64,000 bases of DNA, from positions 12,710,001 to 12,774,000 of the forward strand of contig OZ059896.1 of NCBI GenBank assembly GCA_964057225.1, read 5' to 3'. The DNA is from Auanema rhodensis (taxonomy: Eukaryota; Animalia; Nematoda). The position numbers and the translations under genes were made by a program. Shown in pieces: positions 1 to 14,192 of this stretch. How positions within the stretch are numbered: position 1 is the stretch's first letter; every line of letters starts with the position of its first letter. Under the pieces are notes generated by a model. That model did not search any database. It was not told the DNA's origin and saw only the letters and a list, made by a program, of their open reading frames with translations.

Positions 1-2615
1 CAGATGTATATGAATATTTACTACACTAGCAAGCAGAAGAAAACCTTAAACTAGTTCATTGTTTTTTTTTGAAATTTTTTTCGGTATATTTATTTTTTCA
101 CTGTCAAATCGGCAAGCACCTGCTGCACATGTGCGAGCTATTCGAGTGACCGATGCCCAAACGAGCCACGCTTAGAAATTGAGGCTGACATAACACGTTT
201 TTCACTCCTACCCAGATTGATTGCTTTAGAGACATTTCTGTCTTATCTCATTATATTCTCTACTTTGACTTCGATTTTTCTAAAATTTCATTAATGTATA
301 ATTCGAAAAATTATTTCTTGTGATTAGATTGTTAATCGTTATATCTGTAAACGTTTCTCTCGAAATAGCAAGTAGAGTGTTCAGTTGTACCCACTCAACA
401 AAGAAAGTAGAAGAACATATATATTTAGAGCAAAAAAAGTGCGGAAAAGTCGTTATCTCGTTAACATCAGTTTCACTGCCCAAAACTCAGTTTATTGTCA
501 TTCTACTTGCTATTTCGAGAGATACGTTTACAGATGTATATGAATATTTACTACACTAGCAAGCAGAAGAAAACCTTATACTAGTTCATTGTTTTTTTTT
601 AATTTTTTCCGGTATATTTATTTTTTCACTGTCAAATCGACAAGCACCTGCTGCACATGTGCGAGCTATTCAAGTGACCGATGCTCAAACGAGCCACGCT
701 TAGAAAATGAGGCTGACATAACACGTTTTTCACTAATATCCAGAGTGATTGCTTTAGAGACATTTCTGTCTTATCTCATTATATTCTCTACTTTGACTTT
801 GATTTTTCTAAAATTTCATTAATGTATAATTCAAAATATCATTTCTTGTGATCAGCTTGTTAATCGTTATATCTGTAAACGTTTCTCTCGAAATAGCAAG
901 TAGAGTGTTCAGTTGTACTCACTTAACAAAGAAAGTAGAAGAACATATATATTTAGAGCAAAAAAAGTGCGGAAAAGTCGTTATCTCGTTAAGATCAGTT
1001 TCACTGTTCAAAACTCTGTTTATTGTCACTCTACTTGCTATTTCGAGAGAAACGTTTTCAGATATATATGAATATTTACTACACTAGCAAGCAGAAGAAA
1101 ACCTTATACTAGTTCATTGTTTTTTTTAAATTTTTTTCGGTATATTTATTTTTTCACTGTCAAATCGGCAACACTAGCAAGCAGAAGAAAACCTTATACT
1201 AGTTCATTGTTTTTTTTTAAATTTTTTTCGGTATATTTATTTTTTCACTGTCAAATCGGATAGCACCTGCTGCACATGTGCGAGCTATTCGAGTGACCGA
1301 TGCCCAAACGAGCCACGCTTAGAAAATGAGGCTGACATAACACGTTTTTCACTCCTACCCAGATTGATTGCTTTAGAGACATTTCTGTCTTATCTCATTA
1401 TATTCTTTACTTTGACTTTGATTTTTCTAAAATTTCATTAATGTAAAATTCAAAATATCATTTCTTGTGATCAGATTGTTAATCGTTATAACTGTAAACG
1501 TTTCTCTCGAAATAGCAAGTAGAGTGTTCAGTTGTACCCACTTAACAAAGAAAGTAGAAGAACATATATATTTAGAGCAAAAAAAGTGCGGAAAAGTCGT
1601 TATCTCGTTAACATTAGTTTCACTGCCCAAAACTCTGTTTATTGTCACTCTACTTGCTATTTCGAGAGAAACGTTTACAGATGTATATGAATATTTACTA
1701 CACTAGCAAGCAGAAGAAAACCTTAAACTAGTTCATTGTTTTTTTTTGAAATTTTTCTCGGTATATTTATTTTTTCACTGTCAAATCGGCAAGCACCTGC
1801 TGCACATGTGCGAGCTATTCGAGTGACCGATGCCCAAACGAGCCACGCTTAGAAAATGAGGCTGACATAACACGTTTTTCACTCCTACCCAGATTGATTG
1901 CTTTAGAGACATTTCTGTCTTATCTCATTATATTCTCTACTTTGACTTCGATTTTTCTAAAATTTCATTAATGTATAATTCAAAAAATTATTTCTTGTGA
2001 TCAGATTGTTAATCGTTATATCTGTAAACGTTTCTCTCGAAATAGCGAGTAGAGTTTTCAGTTGTACTCACTTAACAAAGAAAGTAGAAGAACATATATA
2101 TTTTGAGCAAAAAAAGTGCGGAAAAGTCGTTATCTCGTTAACATCAGTTTCACTGCCCAAAACTCTGTTTATTGTCATTCTACTTGCTATTTCGAGAGAA
2201 ACGTTTACAGATATATATGAATATTTACTACACTAGCAAGCAGAAGAAAACCTTATACTAGTTCATTGTTTTTTTTTTAATTTTTTTCGGTATATTTATT
2301 TTTTCACTTTCAAATCGGCAACACTAGCAAGCAGAAGAAAACCTTATACTAGTTCATTGTTTTTTTTTATTTTTTTTCGGTATATTTTTTTTTTCACTGT
2401 CAAATCGACAAGCACCTGCTGCACATATGCAAGCTATTCGAGTGACCGATGCCCGAACGAGCCATGCTTAGAAAATGAGGCTGACATAACACGTTTTTCA
2501 CTCTTACCCAGATTGATTGCTTTAGAGACATTTCTGTCTTATCTCATTATATTCTCTACTTTGACTTTGATTTTTCTAAAATTTCATTAATGTATAATTC
2601 AAAAAATTATTTCTT

Positions 2616-5600
2616 GTGATCAGATTGTTAATCGTTATATCTGTAAACGTTTCTCTCGAAATAGCGAGTAGAGTGTTCAGTTGTACTCACTTAACAAAGA
2701 AAGTAGAAGAACATATATATTTTGAGCAAAAAAAGTGCGGAAAAGTCGTTATCTCGTTAACATCAGTTTCACTGCCCAAAACTCTGTTTATTGTCATTCT
2801 ACTTGCTATTTCGAGAGAAACGTTCACAGATATATATGAATATTTACTACACTAGCAAGCAGAAGAAAACCTTATACTAGTTCATTGTTTTTTTTTTAAT
2901 TTTTTTCGGTATATTTATTTTTTCACTTTCAAATCGGCAACACTAGCAAGCAGAAGAAAACCTTATACTAGTTCATTGTTTTTTTTTAATTTTTTTCGGT
3001 ATATTTATTTTTTCACTGTCAAATCGGCAACACTAGCAAGCAGAAAAAAACCTTATACTAGTTCATTGTTTTTTTTTAAATTTTTTTCGGTATATTTATT
3101 TTTTCACTGTCAAATGGGCAAGCACCTGCTGCACATGTGCGAGCTATTCGAGTGACCGATGCCCAAACGAGCCACGCTGAGAAAATGAGGCTGACATAAC
3201 ACGTTTTTCACTCCTACCCAGATTGATTGCTTTAGAGACATTTCTGTCTTATCTCATTATATTCTCTACTTTGACTTTGATTTTTCTAAAATTTCATTAA
3301 TGTAAAATTCAAAATATCATTTCTTGTGATCAGATTGTTAATCGTTATATCTGTAAACGTTTCTCTCAAAATAGCAAGTAGAGTGTTTAGTTGTACCCAC
3401 TCAACAAAGAAAGTAGAAGAACATATATATTTAGAGCAAAAAAAGTGCGGAAAAGTCGTTATCTCGTTAACATCAGTTTCACTGCCCAAAACTCAGTTTA
3501 TTGTCATTCTACTTGCTATTTCGAGAGATACGTTTACAGATGTATATGAATATTTACTACACTAGCAAGCAGAAGAAAACCTTATACTAGTTCATTGTTT
3601 TTTTTTAAATTTTTTCCGGTATATTTATTTTTTCACTGTCAAATCAGCAAGCACCTGCTGCACATGTGCGAGCTATTCGAGTGACCGATGCCCGAACGAG
3701 CCATGCTTAGAAAATGAGGTTGACATAACACGTTTTTCACTCCTACCCAGATTGATTGCTTTAGAAACATTTCTGTCTCATCTCATTATATTCTCTACTT
3801 TGACTTTGATTTTTCTAAAATTTCATTAATGTAAAATTCAAAATATCATTTCTTGTGATCAGATTGTTAATCGTTATAACTGTAAACGTTTCTCTCGAAA
3901 TAGCAAGTAGACTGTTCAGTTGTACCCACTTAACAAAGAAAGTAGAAGAACATATATATTTAGAGCAAAAAAAGTGCGGAAAAGTCGTTATCTCGTTAAC
4001 ATTAGTTTCACTGCCCAAAACTCTGTTTATTGTCACTCTACTTGCTATTTCGAGAGAAACGTTTACAGATGTATATGAATATTTACTACACTAGCAAGCA
4101 GAAGAAAACCTTAAACTAGTTCATTGTTTTTTTTTTGAAGTTTTTTTCGGTATATTTATTTTTTCACTGTCAAATCGGCAAGCACCTGCTGCACATGTGC
4201 GAGCTATTCGAGTGACCGATGCCCAAACGAGCCACGCTTAGAAATTGAGGCTGACATAACACGTTTTTCACTCTTACCCAGATTGATTGCTTTAGAGACA
4301 TTTCTGTCTTATCTCATTATATTCTCTACTTTGACTTTGATTTTTCTAAAATTTCATTAATGTATAATTCAAAAAATTATTTCTTGTGATCAGATTGTTA
4401 ATCGTTATATCTGTAAACGTTTCTCTCGAAATAGCGAGTAGAGTGTTCAGTTGTACTCACTTAACAAAGAAAGTAGAAGAACATATATATTTTGAGCAAA
4501 AAAAGTGCGGAAAAGTCGTTATCTCGTTAACATCAGTTTCACTGCCCAAAACTCTGTTTATTGTCATTCTACTTGCTATTTCGAGAGAAACGTTCACAGA
4601 TATATATGAATATTTACTACACTAGCAAGCAGAAGAAAACCTTATACTAGTTCATTGTTTTTTTTTTAATTTTTTTCGGTATATTTATTTTTTCACTTTC
4701 AAATCGGCAACACTAGCAAGCAGAAGAAAACCTTATACTAGTTCATTGTTTTTTTTTAATTTTTTTCGGTATATTTATTTTTTCACTGTCAAATCGGCAA
4801 CACTAGCAAGCAGAAAAAAACCTTATACTAGTTCATTGTTTTTTTTTAAATTTTTTTCGGTATATTTATTTTTTCACTGTCAAATGGGCAAGCACCTGCT
4901 GCACATGTGCGAGCTATTCGAGTGACCGATGCCCAAACGAGCCACGCTGAGAAAATGAGGCTGACATAACACGTTTTTCACTCCTACCCAGATTGATTGC
5001 TTTAGAGACATTTCTGTCTTATCTCATTATATTCTCTACTTTGACTTTGATTTTTCTAAAATTTCATTAATGTAAAATTCAAAATATCATTTCTTGTGAT
5101 CAGATTGTTAATCGTTATATCTGTAAACGTTTCTCTCAAAATAGCAAGTAGAGTGTTTAGTTGTACCCACTCAACAAAGAAAGTAGAAGAACATATATAT
5201 TTAGAGCAAAAAAAGTGCGGAAAAGTCGTTATCTCGTTAACATCAGTTTCACTGCCCAAAACTCAGTTTATTGTCATTCTACTTGCTATTTCGAGAGATA
5301 CGTTTACAGATGTATATGAATATTTACTACACTAGCAAGCAGAAGAAAACCTTATACTAGTTCATTGTTTTTTTTTTAATTTTTTCCGGTATATTTATTT
5401 TTTCACTGTCAAATCAGCAAGCACCTGCTGCACATGTGCGAGCTATTCGAGTGACCGATGCCCGAACGAGCCATGCTTAGAAAATGAGGCTGACATAACA
5501 CGTTTTTCACTCCTACCCAGATTGATTGCTTTAGAAACATTTCTGTCTCATCTCATTATATTCTCTACTTTGACTTTGATTTTTCTAAAATTTCATTAAT

Positions 5601-7923
5601 GTAAAATTCAAAATATCATTTCTTGTGATCAGATTGTTAATCGTTATAACTGTAAACGTTTCTCTCGAAATAGCAAGTAGACTGTTCAGTTGTACCCACT
5701 TAACAAAGAAAGTAGAAGAACATATATATTTAGAGCAAAAAAAGTGCGGAAAAGTCGTTATCTCGTTAACATTAGTTTCACTGCCCAAAACTCTGTTTAT
5801 TGTCACTCTACTTGCTATTTCGAGAGAAACGTTTACAGATGTATATGAATATTTACTACACTAGCAAGCAGAAGAAAACCTTAAACTAGTTCATTGTTTT
5901 TTTTTGAAGTTTTTTTCGGTATATTTATTTTTTCACTGTCAAATCGGCAAGCACCTGCTGCACATGTGCGAGCTATTCGAGTGACCGATGCCCAAACGAG
6001 CCACGCTTAGAAATTGAGGCTGACATAACACGTTTTTCACTCTTACCCAGATTGATTGCTTTAGAGACATTTCTGTCTTATCTCATTATATTCTCTACTT
6101 TGACTTTGATTTTTCTAAAATTTCATTAATGTATAATTCAAAAAATTATTTCTTGTGATCAGATTGTTAATCGTTATATCTGTAAACGTTTCTCTCGAAA
6201 TAGCGAGTAGAGTGTTCAGTTGTACTCACTTAACAAAGAAAGTAGAAGAACATATATATTTTGAGCAAAAAAAGTGCGGAAAAGTCGTTATCTCGTTAAC
6301 ATCAGTTTCACTGCCCAAAACTCTGTTTATTGTCATTCTACTTGCTATTTCGAGAGAAACGTTCACAGATATATATGAATATTTACTACACTAGCAAGCA
6401 GAAGAAAACCTTATACTAGTTCATTGTTTTTTTTTTAATTTTTTTCGGTATATTTATTTTTTCACTTTCAAATCGGCAACACTAGCAAGCAGAAGAAAAC
6501 CTTATACTAGTTCATTGTTTTTTTTTAATTTTTTTCGGTATATTTATTTTTTCACTGTCAAATCGGCAACACTAGCAAGCAGAAAAAAACCTTATACTAG
6601 TTCATTGTTTTTTTTTAAATTTTTTTCGGTATATTTATTTTTTCACTGTCAAATGGGCAAGCACCTGCTGCACATGTGCGAGCTATTCGAGTGACCGATG
6701 CCCAAACGAGCCACGCTGAGAAAATGAGGCTGACATAACACGTTTTTCACTCCTACCCAGATTGATTGCTTTAGAGACATTTCTGTCTTATCTCATTATA
6801 TTCTCTACTTTGACTTTGATTTTTCTAAAATTTCATTAATGTAAAATTCAAAATATCATTTCTTGTGATCAGATTGTTAATCGTTATATCTGTAAACGTT
6901 TCTCTCAAAATAGCAAGTAGAGTGTTTAGTTGTACCCACTCAACAAAGAAAGTAGAAGAACATATATATTTAGAGCAAAAAAAGTGCGGAAAAGTCGTTA
7001 TCTCGTTAACATCAGTTTCACTGCCCAAAACTCAGTTTATTGTCATTCTACTTGCTATTTCGAGAGATACGTTTACAGATGTATATGAATATTTACTACA
7101 CTAGCAAGCAGAAGAAAACCTTATACTAGTTCATTGTTTTTTTTTAAATTTTTTCCGGTATATTTATTTTTTCACTGTCAAATCAGCAAGCACCTGCTGC
7201 ACATGTGCGAGCTATTCGAGTGACCGATGCCCGAACGAGCCATGCTTGGAAAATGAGGCTGACATAACACGTTTTTCACTCCTACCCAGATTGATTGCTT
7301 TAGAAACATTTCTGTCTCATCTCATTATATTCTCTACTTTGACTTTGATTTTTCTAAAATTTCATTAATGTAAAATTCAAAATATCATTTCTTGTGATCA
7401 GATTGTTAATCGTTATAACTGTAAACGTTTCTCTCGAAATAGCAAGTAGACTGTTCAGTTGTACCCACTTAACAAAGAAAGTAGAAGAACATATATATTT
7501 AGAGCAAAAAAAGTGCGGAAAAGTCGTTATCTCGTTAACATTAGTTTCACTGCCCAAAACTCTGTTTATTGTCACTCTACTTGCTATTTCGAGAGAAACG
7601 TTTACAGATGTATATGAATATTTACTACACTAGCAAGCAGAAGAAAACCTTAAACTAGTTCATTGTTTTTTTTTGAAGTTTTTTTCGGTATATTTATTTT
7701 TTCACTGTCAAATCGGCAAGCACCTGCTGCACATGTGCGAGCTATTCGAGTGACCGATGCCCAAACGAGCCACGCTTAGAAATTGAGGCTGACATAACAC
7801 GTTTTTCACTCCTACCCAGATTGATTGCTTTAGAGACATTTCTGTCTTATCTCATTATATTCTCTACTTTGACTTCGATTTTTCTAAAATTTCATTAATG
7901 TATAATTCAAAAAATTATTTCTT
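2616..7923 (+). repeat. 3-monomer higher-order repeat, ~1770 bp x 3
   Basis: Spacing pattern ~710/529/530 and diagnostic alleles (AGACTGTTC, GAAACATTTCTGTCTCA, GCTGAGAA) recur from 2616, 4386 and 6155. Confidence 0.92.
2849..3120 (+). repeat. ~90-bp internal sub-repeat, three copies here (1-3 copies per monomer across the array)
   Basis: ACACTAGCAAGCAGAAGAAAACCTTATACTAGTTCATTG-T(n)-AA-T(n)-CGGTATATTTATTTTTTCACTGTCAAATCGGCA starts at 2849, 2940 and 3030. Other triplicated monomers start at 4386, 6155, 25930 and 59783. Confidence 0.95.
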
Positions 7924-10900
7924 GTGATCAGATTGTTAATCGTTATATCTGTAAACGTTTCTCTCGAAATAGCAAGTAGAGTGTTCAGTTGTACCCACTC
8001 AACAAAGAAAGTAGAAGAACATATATATTTAGAGCAAAAAAAGTGCGGAAAAGTCGTTATCTCGTTAACATCAGTTTCACTGCCCAAAACTCAGTTTATT
8101 GTCATTCTACTTGCTATTTCGAGAGATACGTTTACAGATGTATATGAATATTTACTACACTAGCAAGCAGAAGAAAACCTTATACTAGTTCATTGTTTTT
8201 TTTTAATTTTTTCCGGTATATTTATTTTTTCACTGTCAAATCGACAAGCACCTGCTGCACATGTGCGAGCTATGCAAGTGACCGATGCTCAAACGAGCCA
8301 CGCTTAGAAAATGAGGCTGACATAACACGTTTTTCACTCCTATCCAGAGTGATTGCTTTAGAGACATTTCTGTCTTATCTCATTATATTCTCTACTTTGA
8401 CTTTGATTTTTCTAAAATTTCATTAATGTATAATTCAAAATATCATTTCTTGTGATCAGCTTGTTAATCGTTATATCTGTAAACGTTTCTCTCGAAATAG
8501 CAAGTAGAGTGTTCAGTTGTACTCACTTAACAAAGAAAGTAGAAGAACATATATATTTAGAGCAAAAAAAGTGCGGAAAAGTCGTTATCTCGTTAAGATC
8601 AGTTTCACTGTTCAAAACTCTGTTTATTGTCACTCTACTTGCTATTTCGAGAGAAACGTTTTCAGATATATATGAATATTTACTACACTAGCAAGCAGAA
8701 GAAAACCTTATACTAGTTCATTGTTTTTTTTAAATTTTTTTCGGTATATTTATTTTTTCACTGTCAAATCGGCAACACTAGCAAGCAGAAGAAAACCTTA
8801 TACTAGTTCATTGTTTTTTTTTTAATTTTTTTCGGTATATTTATTTTTTCACTGTCAAATCGGATAGCACCTGCTGCACATGTGCGAGCTATTCGAGTGA
8901 CCGATGCCCAAACGAGCCACGCTTAGAAAATGAGGCTGACATAACACGTTTTTCACTCCTACCCAGATTGATTGCTTTAGAGACATTTCTGTCTTATCTC
9001 ATTATATTCTTTACTTTGACTTTGATTTTTCTAAAATTTCATTAATGTAAAATTCAAAATATCATTTCTTGTGATCAGATTGTTAATCGTTATATCTGTA
9101 AACGTTTCTCTCGAAATAGCAAGTAGAGTGTTCAGTTGTACTCACTTAACAAAGAAAGTAGAAAAACATATATATTTAGAGCAAAAAAAGTGCGGAAAAG
9201 TCGTTATCTCGTTAACATTAGTTTCACTGCCCAAAACTCTGTTTATTGTCACTCTACTTGCTATTTCGAGAGAAACGTTTACAGATGTATATGAATATTT
9301 ACTACACTAGCAAGCAGAAGAAAACCTTAAACTAGTTCATTGTTTTTTTTTTGAAATTTTTTTCGGTATATTTATTTTTTCACTGTCAAATCCGCAAGCA
9401 CCTGCTGCACATGTGCGAGCTATTCGAGTGACCGATGCCCAAACGAGCCACGCTTAGAAAATGAGGCTGACATAACACGTTTTTCACTCCTACCCAGATT
9501 GATTGCTTTAGAGACATTTCTGTCTTATCTCATTATATTCTCTACTTTGACTTCGATTTTTCTAAAATTTCATTAATGTATAATTCAAAAAATTATTTCT
9601 TGTGATCAGATTGTTAATCGTTATATCTGTAAACGTTTCTCTCGAAATAGCAAGTAGAGTGTTCAGTTGTACCCACTCAACAAAGAAAGTAGAAGAACAT
9701 ATATATTTAGAGCAAAAAAAGTGCTGAAAAGTCGTTATCTCGTTAACATCAGTTTCACTGCCCAAAACTCAGTTTATTGTCATTCTACTTGCTATTTCGA
9801 GAGAAACGTTCACAGATATATATGAATATTTACTACACTAGCAAGCAGAAGAGAACCTTATACTACTTCATTGTTTTTTTTTTAATTTTTTTCGGTATAT
9901 TTATTTTTTCACTGTCAAATCGGCAAGCACCTGCTGCACATGTGCGAGCTATTCGGGTGACCGAAGCCCAAACGAGCCACGCTTAGAAAATGAGGCTGAC
10001 ATAACACGTTTTTCACTCCTACCCAGATTGATTGCTTTAGAGACATTTCTGTCTTATCTCATTATATTCTCTACTTTGACTTTGATTTTTCTAAAATTTC
10101 ATTAATGTATAATTCAAAATATCATTTCTTGTGATCAGATTGTTAATCGTTATATCTGTAAACGTTTCTCTCGAAATAGCAAGTAGAGTTTTCAGTTGTA
10201 CTCACTTAACAAAGAAAGTAGAAAAACATATATATTTAGAGCAAAAAAAGTGCGGAAAAGTCGTTATCTCGTTAACATCAGTTTCACTGTTCAAAACTCT
10301 GTTTATTGTCACTCTACTTGCTATTTCGAGAGAAACGTTCACAGATATATATGAATATTTACTACACTAGCAAGCAGAAGAAAACCTTATACTAGTTCAT
10401 TGTTTTTTTTTTATTTTTTTCGGTATATTTATTTTTTCACTGTCAAATCGGCAACACTAGCAAGCAGAAGAAAACCTTATACTAGTTCATTGTTTTTTTT
10501 TTAATTTTTTTCGGTATATTTATTTTTTCACTGTCAAATCGGATAGCACCTGCTGCACATGTGCGAGCTATTCGAGTGACCGATGCCCAAACGAGCCACG
10601 CTTAGAAAATGAGGCTGACATAACACGTTTTTCACTCCTACCCAGATTGATTGCTTTAGAGACATTTCTGTCTTATCTCATTATATTCTCTACTTTGACT
10701 TTGATTTTTCTAAAATTTCATTAATGTATAATTCAAAATATCATTTCTTGTGATCAGATTGTTAATCGTTATATCTGTAAACGTTTCTCTCGAAATAGCA
10801 AGTAGAGTGTTCAGTTGTACTCACTTAACAAAGAAAGTAGAAAAACATATATATTTAGAGCAAAAAAAGTGCGGAAAAGTCGTTATCTCGTTAACATCAG

Positions 10901-11897
10901 TTTCACTGTTCAAAACTCTGTTTATTGTCACTCTACTTGCTATTTCGAGAGAAACGTTCACAGATATATATGAATATTTACTACACTAGGAAGCAGAAGA
11001 AAACCTTATACTAGTTCATTGTTTTTTTTTTATTTTTTTCGGTATATTTATTTTTTCACTGTCAAATCGGCAACACTAGCAAGCAGAAGAAAACCTTATA
11101 CTAGTTCATTGTTTTTTTTTTTAATTTTTTTCGGTATATTTATTTTTTCACTGTCAAATCGGATAGCACCTGCTGCACATGTGCGAGCTATTCGAGTGAC
11201 CGATGCCCAAACGAGCCACGCTTAGAAAATGAGGCTGACATAACACGTTTTTCACTCCTACCCAGATTGATTGCTTTAGAGACATTTCTGTCTTATCTCA
11301 TTATATTCTCTACTTTGACTTTGATTTTTCTAAAATTTCATTAATGTATAATTCAAAATATCATTTCTTGTGATCAGATTGTTAATCGTTATATCTGTAA
11401 ACGTTTCTCTCGAAATAGCAAGTAGAGTGTTCAGTTGTACTCACTTAACAAAGAAAGTAGAAGAACATATATATTTAGAGCAAAAAAAGAGCGGAAAAGT
11501 CGTTATCTCGTTAAGATCAGTTTCACTGTTCAAAACTCTGTTTATTGTCACTCTACTTGCTATTTCGAGAGAAACGTTTTCAGATATATATGAATATTTA
11601 CTACACTAGCAAGCAGAAGAAAACCTTATACTACTTCATTGTTTTTTTTTAATTTTTTTCGGTTTATTTATTTTTTCACTGTCCAATCGGCAAGCACCTG
11701 CTGCACATGTGCGAGCTATTCGGGTGACCGATGCCCAAACGAGCCACGCTTAGAAAATGAGGCTGACATAACACGTTTTTCACTCCTACCCAGATTGATT
11801 GCTTTAGAGACATTTCTGTCTTATCTCATTATATTCTCTACTTTGACTTTGATTTTTCTAAAATTTCATTAATGTATAATTCAAAATATCATTTCTT

Positions 11898-14192
11898 GTG
11901 ATCAGATTGTTAATCGTTGTATCTGTAAACGTTTCTCTCGAAATAGCGAGTAGAGTGTTCAGTTGTACTCACTTAACAAAGAAAGTAGAAGAACATATAT
12001 ATTTAGAGCAAAAAAAGTGCGGAAAAGTCGTTATCTCGTTAAGATCAGTTTCACTGTTCAAAACTCTGTTTATTGTCACTCTACTTGCTATTTCGAGAGA
12101 AACGTTTTCAGATATATATGAATATTTACTACACTAGCAAGCAGAAGAAAACCTTATACTAGTTCATTGTTTTTTTTTAATTTTTTTCGGTATATTTATT
12201 TTTTCACTGTCAAATCGGCAACACTAGCAAGCAGAAGAAAACCTTATACTAGTTCATTGTTTTTTTTTTAATTTTTTTCGGTATATTTATTTTTTCACTG
12301 TCAAATCGGATAGCACCTGCTGCACATGTGCGAGCTATTCGAGTGACCGATGCCCAAACGAGCCACGCTTAGAAAATGAGGCTGACATAACACGTTCTTC
12401 ACTCCTACCCAGATTGATTGCTTTAGAGACATTTCTGTCTTATCTCATTATATTCTTTACTTTGACTTTGATTTTTCTAAAATTTCATTAATGTATAATT
12501 CAAAATATCATTTCTTGTGATCAGATTGTTAATCGTTATATCTGTAAACGTTTCTCTCGAAATAGCAAGTAGAGTGTTCAGTTGTACTCACTTAACAAAG
12601 AAAGTAGAAAAACATATATATTTAGAGCAAAAAAAGTGCGGAAAAGTCGTTATCTCGTTAACATCAGTTTCACTGCCGAAAACTCTGTTTATTGTCATTC
12701 TACTTGCTATTTCGAGAGAAAGGTTCACAGATATATATGAATATTTACTACACTAGCAAGCAGAAGAAAACCTTATACTACTTCATTGTTTTTTTTTAAT
12801 TTTTTTCGGTTTATTTATTTTTTCACTGTCCAATCGGCAAGCACCTGCTGCACATGTGCGAGCTATTCGGGTGACCGATGCCCAAACGAGCCACGCTTAG
12901 AAAATGAGGCTGACATAACACGTTTTTCACTCCTACCCAGATTGATTGCTTTAGAGACATTTCTGTCTTATCTCATTATATTCTCTACTTTGACTTTGAT
13001 TTTTCTAAAATTTCATTAATGTATAATTCAAAATATCATTTCTTGTGATCAGATTGTTAATCGTTGTATCTGTAAACGTTTCTCTCGAAATAGCGAGTAG
13101 AGTGTTCAGTTGTACTCACTTAACAAAGAAAGTAGAAGAACATATATATTTAGAGCAAAAAAAGTGCGGAAAAGTCGTTATCTCGTTAAGATCAGTTTCA
13201 CTGTTCAAAACTCTGTTTATTGTCACTCTACTTGCTATTTCGAGAGAAACGTTTTCAGATATATATGAATATTTACTACACTAGCAAGCAGAAGAAAACC
13301 TTATACTAGTTCATTGTTTTTTTTTAATTTTTTTCGGTATATTTATTTTTTCACTGTCAAATCGGCAACACTAGCAAGCAGAAGAAAACCTTATACTAGT
13401 TCATTGTTTTTTTTTTAATTTTTTTCGGTATATTTATTTTTTCACTGTCAAATCGGATAGCACCTGCTGCACATGTGCGAGCTATTCGAGTGACCGATGC
13501 CCAAACGAGCCACGCTTAGAAAATGAGGCTGACATAACACGTTCTTCACTCCTACCCAGATTGATTGCTTTAGAGACATTTCTGTCTTATCTCATTATAT
13601 TCTTTACTTTGACTTTGATTTTTCTAAAATTTCATTAATGTATAATTCAAAATATCATTTCTTGTGATCAGATTGTTAATCGTTATATCTGTAAACGTTT
13701 CTCTCGAAATAGCAAGTAGAGTGTTCAGTTGTACTCACTTAACAAAGAAAGTAGAAAAACATATATATTTAGAGCAAAAAAAGTGCGGAAAAGTCGTTAT
13801 CTCGTTAACATCAGTTTCACTGCCGAAAACTCTGTTTATTGTCATTCTACTTGCTATTTCGAGAGAAAGGTTCACAGATATATATGAATATTTACTACAC
13901 TAGCAAGCAGAAGAAAACCTTATACTACTTCATTGTTTTTTTTTTAACTTTTTTCGGTATATTTATTTTTTCACTGTCAAATCGGCAAGCACCTGCTGCA
14001 CATGTGCGAGCTATTCGGGTGACCGAAGCCCAAACGAGCCACGCTTAGAAAATGAGGCTGACATAACACGTTTTTCACTCCTACCCAGATTGATTGCTTT
14101 AGAGACATTTCTGTCTTATCTCATTATATTCTCTACTTTGACTTTGATTTTTCTAAAATTTCATTAATGTATAATTCAAAATATCATTTCTT
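11898..14192 (+). repeat. 2-monomer higher-order repeat, 1147 bp x ~2
   Basis: 11898->13045 and 12517->13664 are both 1147 bp. The private allele ACGTTCTTCAC is in both copies. Confidence 0.85.

Noticed and set aside
455-480. Hammerhead ribozyme, as found in some satellite DNAs
   Set aside because: The minus strand has GAAACTGATGTT, not the CUGANGA-stem-GAAA core in the required arrangement.
553-590. Canonical Helitron 3' end at the CTAG sites
   Set aside because: No GC-rich hairpin ~10-12 nt upstream of either CTAG on either strand.
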